From a virus (lineage: Duplodnaviria; Caudoviricetes): a stretch of 61,183 nt of DNA. Below, one piece after another: positions 51,501-60,264 of the stretch. The position numbers were made by a program, and so were the translations under genes. The DNA is taken from positions 1 to 61,183 of the IMG/VR virus record IMGVR_UViG_3300023179_000113; one strand, written 5' to 3'. Numbering within the stretch: position 1 is the stretch's first letter; the number at the start of each line of letters is the position of its first letter. The notes beneath the pieces were generated by a model. The model made no database searches, was not told the DNA's origin, and worked only from the letters and a program-made list of their open reading frames with translations.

Positions 51501-54500
51501 AAGAACTTGGTGTGGCAACAGAAATTTGATGTTCTCCATTATATTTGCTAAATTGAATTTGCAATTCATTATGATCTTGAATCAAAGTATCAATAACAAT
51601 TTCTCTTTTTATTTGTGGAGTGTTGTTATCATATATTGGAATGAGATTATAATATAATTTTTCCGGAGTATTTTCATTTACGTTTAAAATTACCTTTGCG
51701 GTTGTAGTTACACCAATTGTTCCAATTTTTTGAACTTCAAAGACATTAGAAGTTTTTGAAGTTGTAAATTCTTCGATAAAATTTGAATCTCTATAAAATT
51801 TAAATTCAAATGCTGGATATAATGCAAATTGATCCGTATATGATAAAGAGGAATCGGACAGATCAAATGTTATGGTAGAATTTTTATATAATTGAATTGC
51901 TGGGTTAATTGGTGATAATGTGCCGCTGGAAGCACTCGTGATTCCAACAATTTCTGGAATCAGACTTGTAGCACTATAATAAGTATTTGAAAGTTTGAGT
52001 GTATTATTATCTACAATTACTACATAATAGATTTGATTATTCTGAAGACCTCCGGATGGAGAACTTGAGATATGAATAATTTTTTGTCCATTAATAAATC
52101 CGTGATTAACAATACTAATAGAACTGGTATAAGTATTTACTCCTGCTGAAATAAAATCTTTGGAATTAATAACCAATCTTCTATTATAATCATTATATTT
52201 TACAACAAACGTTGTGCTAATAGATGGATTTACAGAAATATAAACAGAATCTTCTGTTGTTAATCCGTGTGTTTGTGAAGTAGAAACTGTGACTAAATTT
52301 CTAGAAATATTTCCAATAATTGAATCATAATTTGTTTCAAAACTGTGATATGTTCCCGTTCCAATTCCAGTAAAGAAGAGAGTACTCAGATCTCTTGTTG
52401 TGGATGCAATTCCTACAAAAATTCCTGTAGAACCTAAACCAACTCTTACTGTGGAAATACCAATCAAATCTTCTGAAATTTTTGCAACAAATACTTGTGA
52501 TTGATTTGCAAGAGTAACTGATGTTGAAATTCCATTTGTAGAAACTCCGATTGAAGATCCAGTATTTGGAGAATATGTGAGTATATCTCCAGTCTCTAAT
52601 TTGTGATTTGGAAGATAAATTGTTTTTGTTGGAATAAAAATTTGAGTTATTCCTGCTCCAGGATTTGATATTGTAAGAGTAGTTCCGATTCCAACTCCTG
52701 CAGTTGTTCCGAGTCCAACTGAATCTGAAGGATTAAAGTATATTTGACGGTTTAATTTGTAATCATATGAGGTTGTAATTCCAGTAGTAATTTTTAGTTT
52801 TCTCGGATTTTCATACAAAATTTCTGTTGCAGTATGAGAAATACCAACGGTTCCATCAATTTGTCTTAGAACTCTAATTCTAGAATTGAGTGGATCTACA
52901 TTTAATATTTTTATTTTTTCTGTGGATACTGTAAAAATATCATTTTCACGAATACTTGTCGGACTTAAATCACCAGTAACAGAAAAATAAGTAACAATTC
53001 CTGTTGCAACGGCAGTTCCGACTCCCACATTGAGTGTCAAAATTTTTGATGTTGTAACTCCAATAGGATATGAACTTAATTGAAGAGATGTTGATGTTGT
53101 GTTTAGTCCAGAAATACTGATAACATCATTATTGTTCAAATTGTGAGGATTTTCAGCATATATTGTAAATGAATTTTTTTCTTCACCGGAGAAAAATTCT
53201 ACATTATTAATTGTGCTTGTTGCGGTACTAACCAAAGTTACAGATTTTCCTTTTATTCTAGAAACGTTTGCTGCTGCACCATATCCTCTCGTTCCACTTT
53301 CGTCAAACACAATAGAATTATTTACTTTATAACCATTTCCACCACTATTGATTCCAATATTTTCAACTGAACCCGGAAGTGCATACTTAACATCAACCGT
53401 CTGATTTAGATTATTTGGAGTTGGTAAATATGAATATGATGCAGTGCCATTGATAATATTATATGGAGTCGTAAATCTTAACCAATTTGTTTGATTTAAA
53501 TCTAAATCATCTTGATTTGATGCGGTTTTGAAATTAAATTCGTTTGGAATTGATTTGAAGGCATCTCCAATCAAATATGGAAAAACAGGTCTTCTATAAT
53601 TTACAAATGGTCCAGAATTGTCCGAAGAAGTGTAATTTATAGTTGCAAAATATGCATAAGTTCCATTTGGAAATTCTGGAGTAACACAAAATCTTCCATT
53701 ATTTTGATCCAGAACAGTTTCATCACTTTTTTCAGAATATGTGTAATCTTCCACAAAAAATCCAAGTGGAAAATTTGGTCTTTGTTGTGAGGAATTTAAT
53801 TCATATCCAGATTTCATAGGAGAAATGACTCCTCCTTGTTTGGTTATGTATCCATATGGTCCATAAATCGGATTTCCATCATATGCCCAACCAATGATCG
53901 GAGAATGTTTTGTTGATAATTGTTCTGTGTTATTAACTTTAATGAGATCTGGACTTCCATATAAAACTTTTCCGTTCTGATTTACAGAATAAACTGCTTC
54001 TCTTAATTTTCTTGGAGCATATAAATGTGAATATTCTAATTGATAGTTTTTATTGAGACCTTTTGAGAGAATTCCATCATCATCTGTAATATTATTAAAA
54101 TATTTTTCAAATAAATTCACTCTCCAAGTTTGTATTTTTGGATCAAATTTGCAAGAAGATCCTGATGATGTGATTGTAATAAAAGTTGATCTTTGTGAAT
54201 ATCCAATTCCACCGTTAATAATTTTAACCGAAGTTATTGCACCATTTTGAACTATTGGGGTGATGGAAGCACCAGATCCACTTCCAGTAATAGAAATATT
54301 GGGAGAAGAATAATTGACTCCAGAATTGTTAATAATAACGTCAACAATTTTTCCATTTTCAATAATAGGAGTCAATTGTGCGTTTGATCCACTATCTAAT
54401 GTTATGCTTGGTTGACGATTATAATTTAAAATTTCTGAAGATCCATATCCAATTCCATTATCTGATAGATGAACAGAAGTAATCTGTCCTCTAAATATTG

Positions 54501-57500
54501 GTTTAATTATAGATTTAAAGGTTTCTGACCCCACGGACGAAATTCCAACATCTCCAACAATTTCAACATTGATTTCTGGGTAATTAAAAATATGTGTTCC
54601 AGATCCAACAGAATTAAAGTTGACAAATTGTTTCGTATTGTAATAAAAATCTTGATTTGTGGATCCTACACCCACTTGAGACAGTCTAAATTTATCACTA
54701 TCAACTACTGTAACATAATATGAAGTGTTTGTTGTAAGACCATTCACAGCAGTCCCATTAACATTATAAACTACAACTTCTCCTGATTTGTAATCGTGAT
54801 TTTTAATTTCAACAATATTTAATGCTGTACTGATTCCTGAAGACTTTGATGTTCTTTTTTTGTTTTCATATCCACTTCCAGAATTGATAACATTAATAGA
54901 TCCAACTACAGATTTTTTATTGTATGATTGAAGAGTATGATTTCCAACACCATAAGAAGATAAAATGACAGTATTAATTCCAGAAACTGCATCATCTAAG
55001 GTTTTATGTAATTTAACAACATATGGAGAAATAGTAGACACATAATATGAAGAATCTGTTGAGAGACCTCCGACCGCAGTTTGTCCGTTTGTTTTATAAA
55101 TGATTCTTTCAGAATTTCTAAATTTATGATAAGTTCCAAATCCAATTGTTGAAACAGTGCTTCCTATACCAACAAGAGCGGAAGGACTTTCCGAATTAAA
55201 TGACGACTCGTGATCAATGAGTTTCATATTCACACTGGCATTCGCACCAATACCATTTCCTCCAGTTATGTTTATTTTTGGAGTGCTCTGATAATCAAAT
55301 CCAGGATCAATAATTTTAATTTCAGATAGAAATCCTTTTACTGCACAGTAACCAGTAGCTCCATATCCAACAGCATCAGATATAATCAGAGTTGGAGGAG
55401 TAATGACATCATATCCAGATCCAGGTGCAATTACATCAATATTTTGAAGTGCTCCGTAATAAACTAAATCTGATGATTTATAATTTAATATTTCAACACC
55501 ATTAATTAAAATTCCTGTAAATCCTGGATTTGTTGAATATGTTTGACCATCACTTATTGGAGCAGATACTTCTCTTAATAGTTTTTGTGGAAGAAGAGTT
55601 TTTGATTTGAAATTATAAAGTTCAATTTTATTATTACTTACAGATGTTACATCATTCACATATTCAAAATTTGAATAATAAATACTGTCTTTACTATTTG
55701 CAAATTGTATTTTGTTTTGATCAATTCTTTTAACATAATAAATTCCCTTATCAAAGAGTGAACTTATAACAGTTTTTTCTTCTTCTAATGTATCTGGATT
55801 GATAGATGTTTGTATTTCTGGAGTATAATAAACAATATCTCCTGTATAAAATCCGTGATCTTTTGTTGAAGTGATGTTGAATATATTAGTCGATCCAACT
55901 CCAGAAGATGGAAATGTTCCGGAAAATGTTACAGATTTATTGTATAGTTCTAAAGATTGATTATAATATGTGGGTATGGATGAAGAAGCAATCAGTAATT
56001 TTTCATTCAGTTTATATAAATTTTGAACATTTGAATTTATATTTGCTAAATTTGGAAAAGTGTTTGAATTTACTTTTAATAAATTTCTTCTTATAATATA
56101 TTGATCGTTTGAAAGAACTCCCTGCCCAGATATTGAAAATGATGTAGAAGAATCAACATTACTAACCGTAGATAATTTTTCAGATCCACTCGAATTTATA
56201 ATTTTAACAGAGTCTCCAATTTTAAAAATATGTGGAGTTTTAACTGTAATATTGTAGGTATAATCAAAAGTATTTTGTAGAGATATTGAAGTAATTTCAT
56301 ATGATGATGCAATATTTAAAAACCAATTATTGAACAAATAATTGTCTATATCTACACCAAGTGTTCTTATTTGCGCAGTATCTCCGACATGATAATAACG
56401 AGTATCACTGCTAATTGAACAAGATTTAATCACAGAATTAATTCTTACTTTAATTAATTCGTTAGATACATTCGCATATGCATAAGTATTGATTCCAATT
56501 TGAGATTTATCTTCAATGATTCCAACTATTCCAGAACAATCAAAAAATTGAGTCAGTGATTTATGAGAATATGAGACTATTCCTGTGGTATTATCGTTGT
56601 AAGTTACTGAAAGTTCACCACTTTGTGGAAACCCAACTGTGGAATCTACTGATAATGTTGTAGTTCCTGTTGAAACAGATTCAATTAATTGTGTTTTCGA
56701 ATGAACTACAAAGTTTCCATAAATTGCACCATCAACTCTAATATCACGACTATATCCAGAATCTAAACTTAATTTATAATAAGTATTCCCAAGTTCAGAA
56801 ATTACAACTTCAACATCTGCAATTGGTGCATATGCTTTTGAAATATTGTGATATTCATCTTGAAATAATGTTGCATTTAGTAAATTTAATGGATCACCTT
56901 CAATTCTTTCTACAACTAAATCGTCAGTGACTTGGTAATTTGCATCTGATGGTCTAAACAAATAATCTTTTGGTCGAATAATAACAGCACTTTCACCATA
57001 TAATGCATTGAATAGAATTTTAAATGACTCATCAGTTCCTTTACTCAAATAAAAATCCTTTGCCTGCTTGATAAAAAGAGATTGGTTTATATTTGAACTT
57101 AGAGTTCTATTTTCAAGTCCTGGCAATAACTGATATTTTGTTTTAAGTAAAAATTCTTTTAAAAATAAAGAACTTAAGTTTTTAATTACTGCTCCGGATG
57201 TATGTTCTGCCGACTCACTTTCTGAGAAAACTAATTGATCCGGATAATTTTTTTTTGTAAAAGAAGTAATTCCAACAAATCCTCTAACACAACCGGTAAA
57301 GGAACTTGACGTTTTTCCTGTATATGTAATAATTTCATCATCAATTTGCAAAACACCATAAGAATCTGGAAAATCTTCTATTCCAACACCAGTTTGATTT
57401 ATAATAATAGTTGTATCAAAAAATGAAATATCTTGTCCAAGAACTGTAGAATCTGTTTGGTTTGTTAGTTCATCAATTTTTACATATCTATCAATGTTTT

Positions 57501-57645
57501 GAATTAAATCCGCAGGAGATCCTTTAAATTCTTGAGAAATGTAGTATTGTGATAAGAATTCAGAAATTAATGGAAATTCTTCTATTACATAATTTGGAAG
57601 TTGATTTTGTACAATGTTACTAAACTGAATTCTTTTTTCTGTCAT
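45595..57645 (-). CDS. gp7: Baseplate wedge initiator, 4016 aa, with many repeats and a YHYH-like segment
   Basis: QLPNYV...FLSQYY, FYLSKGTDESFKILFNALYG, QDSFYYQNFSYSIKS, HTAG; between gp6 and gp8. Confidence 0.85.
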   Translation of the reverse strand: MTEKRIQFSNIVQNQLPNYVIEEFPLISEFLSQYYISQEFKGSPADLIQNIDRYVKIDELTNQTDSTVLGQDISFFDTTIIINQTGVGIEDFPDSYGVLQIDDEIITYTGKTSSSFTGCVRGFVGITSFTKKNYPDQLVFSESESAEHTSGAVIKNLSSLFLKEFLLKTKYQLLPGLENRTLSSNINQSLFIKQAKDFYLSKGTDESFKILFNALYGESAVIIRPKDYLFRPSDANYQVTDDLVVERIEGDPLNLLNATLFQDEYHNISKAYAPIADVEVVISELGNTYYKLSLDSGYSRDIRVDGAIYGNFVVHSKTQLIESVSTGTTTLSVDSTVGFPQSGELSVTYNDNTTGIVSYSHKSLTQFFDCSGIVGIIEDKSQIGINTYAYANVSNELIKVRINSVIKSCSISSDTRYYHVGDTAQIRTLGVDIDNYLFNNWFLNIASSYEITSISLQNTFDYTYNITVKTPHIFKIGDSVKIINSSGSEKLSTVSNVDSSTSFSISGQGVLSNDQYIIRRNLLKVNSNTFPNLANINSNVQNLYKLNEKLLIASSSIPTYYNQSLELYNKSVTFSGTFPSSGVGSTNIFNITSTKDHGFYTGDIVYYTPEIQTSINPDTLEEEKTVISSLFDKGIYYVKRIDQNKIQFANSKDSIYYSNFEYVNDVTSVSNNKIELYNFKSKTLLPQKLLREVSAPISDGQTYSTNPGFTGILINGVEILNYKSSDLVYYGALQNIDVIAPGSGYDVITPPTLIISDAVGYGATGYCAVKGFLSEIKIIDPGFDYQSTPKINITGGNGIGANASVNMKLIDHESSFNSESPSALVGIGSTVSTIGFGTYHKFRNSERIIYKTNGQTAVGGLSTDSSYYVSTISPYVVKLHKTLDDAVSGINTVILSSYGVGNHTLQSYNKKSVVGSINVINSGSGYENKKRTSKSSGISTALNIVEIKNHDYKSGEVVVYNVNGTAVNGLTTNTSYYVTVVDSDKFRLSQVGVGSTNQDFYYNTKQFVNFNSVGSGTHIFNYPEINVEIVGDVGISSVGSETFKSIIKPIFRGQITSVHLSDNGIGYGSSEILNYNRQPSITLDSGSNAQLTPIIENGKIVDVIINNSGVNYSSPNISITGSGSGASITPIVQNGAITSVKIINGGIGYSQRSTFITITSSGSSCKFDPKIQTWRVNLFEKYFNNITDDDGILSKGLNKNYQLEYSHLYAPRKLREAVYSVNQNGKVLYGSPDLIKVNNTEQLSTKHSPIIGWAYDGNPIYGPYGYITKQGGVISPMKSGYELNSSQQRPNFPLGFFVEDYTYSEKSDETVLDQNNGRFCVTPEFPNGTYAYFATINYTSSDNSGPFVNYRRPVFPYLIGDAFKSIPNEFNFKTASNQDDLDLNQTNWLRFTTPYNIINGTASYSYLPTPNNLNQTVDVKYALPGSVENIGINSGGNGYKVNNSIVFDESGTRGYGAAANVSRIKGKSVTLVSTATSTINNVEFFSGEEKNSFTIYAENPHNLNNNDVISISGLNTTSTSLQLSSYPIGVTTSKILTLNVGVGTAVATGIVTYFSVTGDLSPTSIRENDIFTVSTEKIKILNVDPLNSRIRVLRQIDGTVGISHTATEILYENPRKLKITTGITTSYDYKLNRQIYFNPSDSVGLGTTAGVGIGTTLTISNPGAGITQIFIPTKTIYLPNHKLETGDILTYSPNTGSSIGVSTNGISTSVTLANQSQVFVAKISEDLIGISTVRVGLGSTGIFVGIASTTRDLSTLFFTGIGTGTYHSFETNYDSIIGNISRNLVTVSTSQTHGLTTEDSVYISVNPSISTTFVVKYNDYNRRLVINSKDFISAGVNTYTSSISIVNHGFINGQKIIHISSSPSGGLQNNQIYYVVIVDNNTLKLSNTYYSATSLIPEIVGITSASSGTLSPINPAIQLYKNSTITFDLSDSSLSYTDQFALYPAFEFKFYRDSNFIEEFTTSKTSNVFEVQKIGTIGVTTTAKVILNVNENTPEKLYYNLIPIYDNNTPQIKREIVIDTLIQDHNELQIQFSKYNGEHQISVATPSSFTYNLPEFPESVSYGSSTSVISYETTSSSAFGPIAKFEIKNRGQNYYSLPGITTIVSVSGSNAILEPSSNSIGKIKKTKISDIGFDFSSDNTVRPTVYLPQIIKVDPLASFASIGISSAGRGYSSAPKLIVIDGKTQNVIPEVDLRYSLGDTQVTILRNTFGINNSLPTILPTENTNGVGINSISFNNSTKSVTVRLSVGFSTANSFPFQVNDKVLIENVSVGVGSTGRGYNSKDYNYNLFTLTSVTPNLGGIGSVSYSLAEFLDTSEIPGNYSSTNSSGRIIPQKYFPTFNPILSKNNFLTGETVTSDSSTGIIENWDPKNNLLTVSSNDNFYSGSIIKGFTSKTQGNITSIERTDSFFETGATSKVEKGWQINAGFLNDNLQKIQDSFYYQNFSYSIKSKIDYDTWNDVVSTLNHTAGFTKFADYQLESSSPQSLSVGISTDLTSFEILNNIVGSANLNCVYDFDLVKENSLQIGNSSFSDEIIFASRILQDYQESVGNRVLSIDDISSQFNSNPRATRYSDIHRFKLSDARVQKYFIYTKDQRYADERQCEFVTLLHNDATGFLNQYAKVYSTNDLGSFDFRIQGTEGILEFYPIKYIINDYNVSIIAYDVKGVLSGVSSANYGGIVNIVGTSGSSVSAGSTCTIVSIANTYTSAKVLVEISASNGQYEFDELNIIHDGSNIQFLEYGQLTNNSTLPYSSAGLGTYNPYFSGSNIIVDFIPNSGLAVTCNTLNISIANTSYTGVGTFDMKYSLLEARTTSIASSTSPIATPVGQYININSDNFDYDCAHFLIQVSDPINNHHQLSEVIVLHNSTDTFITEFANIETASGLGTVGVSRTDTYTKITFTPNPNIEVQVKSFMNALQIADEASDITEIDLTNSSIVTDSNTYEGTERSIKKDFNLQHKNDDIFRRNFDGSDSQIVNVLNNTITIPNHFLVSGEEIVYSHAGAGSTQAIGIATTSFVGIGSTDKLPATVYVVKISNNLIKLASSAQNALKSIPEVLNFTSVGIGSSHTFNATNQNAKVIVAIDNLIQSPVVSSAITSSLSKQLLISENIAYFTGITSFFGGDLIKIDDEIMRIDGVGIGSTNSILLKRPWLGTTVVGHSTGTLITKVFGNYNIVDNTLNFSEAPYGNIPLSSPTNEPDEIDWTGISVSSTFQGRVFLRSGTPNSSDETYSKNYVFDDISNNFNGSEKDFTLTSSGSSVTGISNENAVILINDIFQGPGLNADYTLSENVGITSITFTGTASSVSYDVNASTLPRGGIIVSVGSTGGFGYQPLVSAGATVTVSIAGTISAISIGNSGSGYRPGIQTSIRVGVTTSSTGTPSIQYIGTAAVNNGNIVSIAITNPGTGYTSTNPPEVIIDAPLSYSDIPLVYSASSVSGNGGNATASIVVGQGSSVIDFEITNLGYGYGQEQILTVAIGGTTGIPTTGSASFKEFQLSIQETYTDEFSGWSIGELQVLDNYDALFDGSRTEFPITVSGSLISIRSAPGSPVDVQDVLLIFINDTLQIPGGGYTFNGGSVITFTEAPKSGDTSKILFYRGSGSIDVIERNILETVKEGDDLTIGYDSSIGQPATFQEDERTVTSVTSTNTVDTLPYFGPGNINDSNLLRPVVWCRQTEDKIINEQIIGKSRILYEPLIYPTAYLIQSVGIGSTVIYVDNIRPFFNPINENNVSLNFQKNITLISQEGRVGATATCIVSSGGTVTSIVINDGGVGYTTTPTVSISQPIGFGTTAAQNTALATATISGGVVTGIAVTYSGSGYISTSVPQVLIEPPTFVYEDNAVISYQGDFGIISGISTTSVGVASTGLVFDMLISPNSFLRNSSITGVTTISGIQTGYYFTIYNSNVGRGVTSLNCLGSTVGIGSTFLDNVYQVAAVSIAQTSTIGFGVTYVAKVTVSVSSYNGLSGIGYSNFYGEFSWGKINLSSRSKENLYSAYTNNGFTGISTGSIASRKIPLKYLKYIS

Positions 57646-57646
57646 T

Positions 57647-59572
57647 TTACACTCTTACCAAATTTCCGTTGTTATAACTTGAAGTTACAATATAGTTTGA
57701 TGCCGATGGATCCAATCCAGATGAAATTTCATCAATAACCATTTCAAATATACTATTATTAATATCTAGTTGTAAATATAAATCTTGTAATCCAATCACG
57801 TCATTTGATTGTGGAGTTGTAGAAATTTCAATTATTGATTGACCATCTTTGATTTTTGCAGATGTGATATTAATTGGGTTTAATGTGATAATTCCCTTTA
57901 TATAATCAATTCTTCCGATGCCCCTTTTTACAATCGTTGGATTTACGGAAGAAATATTTGGAATAGTAAACATAAAAATAGAACCAGTACTTCGATTTGT
58001 GTCTGGAATATCAGATATATAAACCTCTTCAGAAATTCCAGATACTCTAAATGCCGTAGATTTAATATTATATCCATTCATACTATTAATATGAAATTGA
58101 TTTCCAAATCCAATTGAATATTCTGCAAAAGAATTCAAAACTACACGTAAGTCTCTTCTCATTTGAATTGTTGTAATATTCGATGTTACTGCATCGTGAC
58201 TATCATCAATAATTTTTAAAAATTTACTATATTTAAATCGAGCACCATATTTGTTAAGTTCTGTAGATTCTGCATATTTAAGAGTATTTGATTGAACAAT
58301 GCTCGATATGTCAGATGCACTTGGTGCTAAATTTGAATTATAGTATACATTCGAAATCACTTCCAAGTAAAGATATTTTAGATCCAAAATTTCAGGAACA
58401 ATTCCTGCAACCGCATATTGTTTCAATTTTAATTTAATATTTTCCTTAATTAAATTTGGTAAAAAATCTCCTGTTCTTGGTTTAATACTAATAAAAACTT
58501 TTCCATACTGTGGAGGAATCAATTCTTCTCCACCAAAAACAGAAATAGATTCTGTCTCCGGATAAATTTTTGCAGGGATTAAAGTTTCATAATCATTAGA
58601 TGTAAGTGCCCGATTTTGAGATGCATAAATTCTAGGTGCAAATTTACGAATCGATTCTACTGGTTCAATCGATTCTCCACCTGAGGATATTAGACCTGTT
58701 GTAAGTAAAGAAATACCCGAAGTAATGTTATATGTAATTGAATTTCGAGTATATGAAAGTCTTCCTGAAAATGTAAATTGACCGATTCCATTTCCACTGT
58801 CACCATTTGATACGATATAAGAAACCTGAATATAATTTCCATCTTCAAGTGCTTTTCCAAAAACACCATCACCAAAAATTAATTCATATCTTTCATCTTC
58901 AATTTCTTGAATATAATAAACCTCTGACTCTGAATTTACATTAAACAAACTATCTTGAAGATTGTATTTAACTGAGATTGTAGAGGTTTCATTTGGTCTT
59001 ACAATTGCAGAAATCAAATCCGTATCAATTCCAGAGTTTGGAAGAATATATCTCTGATTTGGATTTCTTGGATTATATGTAAAATTGCTGGTTAAAAGAA
59101 CTCCCTCATAAATTTTAATTTCATCAAATGATGCAATATTATTAAAAACAGGAACTGTAATATCTTCGAGTATTGAAAATACAAATGATTGATTACCAAA
59201 GGACCCGGAAGTGCTTGCAATTGGTCCTTTGTGCAATGTAAGTGATACTGGAGGTGGAGTGATACTCGAAGTATCTACAAAAAAACTAACTGTCGAGGTT
59301 GCTGCCTTTCTTGACTTTGGAACATATCCAATATTTCTTGCAAGTGAAACAACATTTTCTCGGAGTGTTGCACTATCAATAAAAACTTCATTTGCAACCA
59401 TATTTGCATTATATGAAGTGATATAAGTGTTGTATGCCAAAACATCAAGAATTGTTGAGAGATTGGATCCCTCAAAGTCATAATCCGTAAAGTTGGAATT
59501 GGCTTTTAAGTAGTTTTTAAGAGTTGTCTTAATCTGGTCAAAATCCAGATTCGTAAAATTAACTAGTGGCAT
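57647..59572 (-). CDS. gp6: Baseplate wedge subunit
   Basis: LDFDQIK, FTDYDFEGS, DSATLRENVVSLARNIGY, QNRALTSNDY, YGKVFISIKP. Confidence 0.97.
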   Translation of the reverse strand: MPLVNFTNLDFDQIKTTLKNYLKANSNFTDYDFEGSNLSTILDVLAYNTYITSYNANMVANEVFIDSATLRENVVSLARNIGYVPKSRKAATSTVSFFVDTSSITPPPVSLTLHKGPIASTSGSFGNQSFVFSILEDITVPVFNNIASFDEIKIYEGVLLTSNFTYNPRNPNQRYILPNSGIDTDLISAIVRPNETSTISVKYNLQDSLFNVNSESEVYYIQEIEDERYELIFGDGVFGKALEDGNYIQVSYIVSNGDSGNGIGQFTFSGRLSYTRNSITYNITSGISLLTTGLISSGGESIEPVESIRKFAPRIYASQNRALTSNDYETLIPAKIYPETESISVFGGEELIPPQYGKVFISIKPRTGDFLPNLIKENIKLKLKQYAVAGIVPEILDLKYLYLEVISNVYYNSNLAPSASDISSIVQSNTLKYAESTELNKYGARFKYSKFLKIIDDSHDAVTSNITTIQMRRDLRVVLNSFAEYSIGFGNQFHINSMNGYNIKSTAFRVSGISEEVYISDIPDTNRSTGSIFMFTIPNISSVNPTIVKRGIGRIDYIKGIITLNPINITSAKIKDGQSIIEISTTPQSNDVIGLQDLYLQLDINNSIFEMVIDEISSGLDPSASNYIVTSSYNNGNLVRV

Positions 59573-59580
59573 TTACCTAA

Positions 59581-59982
59581 TTACCGAGTAGGTTGCAAAA
59601 CAAATTCAAGTTGCTGAGGCAACACATCTGCACCAATAATTCGATATTGAATTAAAACATCAAATGATGCATTATCATAATCAGGAGTTGTTTGAACATC
59701 AATCAATTCAACTCGTGGTTCATAGTTTGTGATTGAATTTCGTATTTCATCTCGAATGATTGATGCAGAAATTTCATCTACATTTTCAAAAAGAGAATTT
59801 GAAATTCGAGATCCAAAATTTGAATCAAAGAATTTTTCTCCTGGAAGCGTAAATACAATATTACGAACTGAACGAGCAATTGCAGTTTCATTTTTCAGAG
59901 CAATTAAGTCTAGATTCAGGGGATTGACCTGAAAGGACATACTGATGTCTCTGAAACCTTGACTGACTCGCTCTAGAGGCAT
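59581..59982 (-). CDS. gp25: Baseplate wedge subunit gp25 (GPW/gp25 family)
   Basis: AIARSVRNIVFT.PGEKFF..NFGS, NYEPRVEL. Confidence 0.95.
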   Translation of the reverse strand: MPLERVSQGFRDISMSFQVNPLNLDLIALKNETAIARSVRNIVFTLPGEKFFDSNFGSRISNSLFENVDEISASIIRDEIRNSITNYEPRVELIDVQTTPDYDNASFDVLIQYRIIGADVLPQQLEFVLQPTR

Positions 59983-60012
59983 TGAATATTATGAATCTAT
60001 ATTATTTATTCA

Positions 60013-60264
60013 CTAAAATTCGGTTAATGGAATGGGTTCGGTTCCATACTCCCAATCATCATAATCATCGTCATTTCGAATTTTTTCGTGAAGTTCTCTT
60101 TGTATTACAAAATCGTGTTTTTTGGGTGTAAGATCATCATTTGAGATCTCACGAAGCATCTTTTGTTTTTTAATTTTCTCTTCCCAACCATATTCGCTGG
60201 AGAGATATGATGTTCCCCATTGGTCTTTCATATAATTTGAGTCCTTATCCACCTTTTTGGTCAT
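60013..60264 (-). CDS. Conserved hypothetical protein (83 aa)
   Basis: AGGAG RBS; MLREISND...DDYDDWEYGTEP; precedes gp25. Confidence 0.8.
   Translation of the reverse strand: MTKKVDKDSNYMKDQWGTSYLSSEYGWEEKIKKQKMLREISNDDLTPKKHDFVIQRELHEKIRNDDDYDDWEYGTEPIPLTEF

Noticed and set aside
36524-57645. CRISPR-like, DGR-like or nucleotide tandem arrays in the giant structural genes
   Set aside because: Repeats are degenerate at protein level only; I saw no identical spaced DNA repeats or reverse transcriptase, though a self dot-plot was not run
12163-58875. Short alternative-frame minus-strand ORFs nested in long genes (e.g. 12163..12615, 27718..28032, 43774..44088)
   Set aside because: Fully or largely inside well-supported genes, no RBS or motif support; expected by chance
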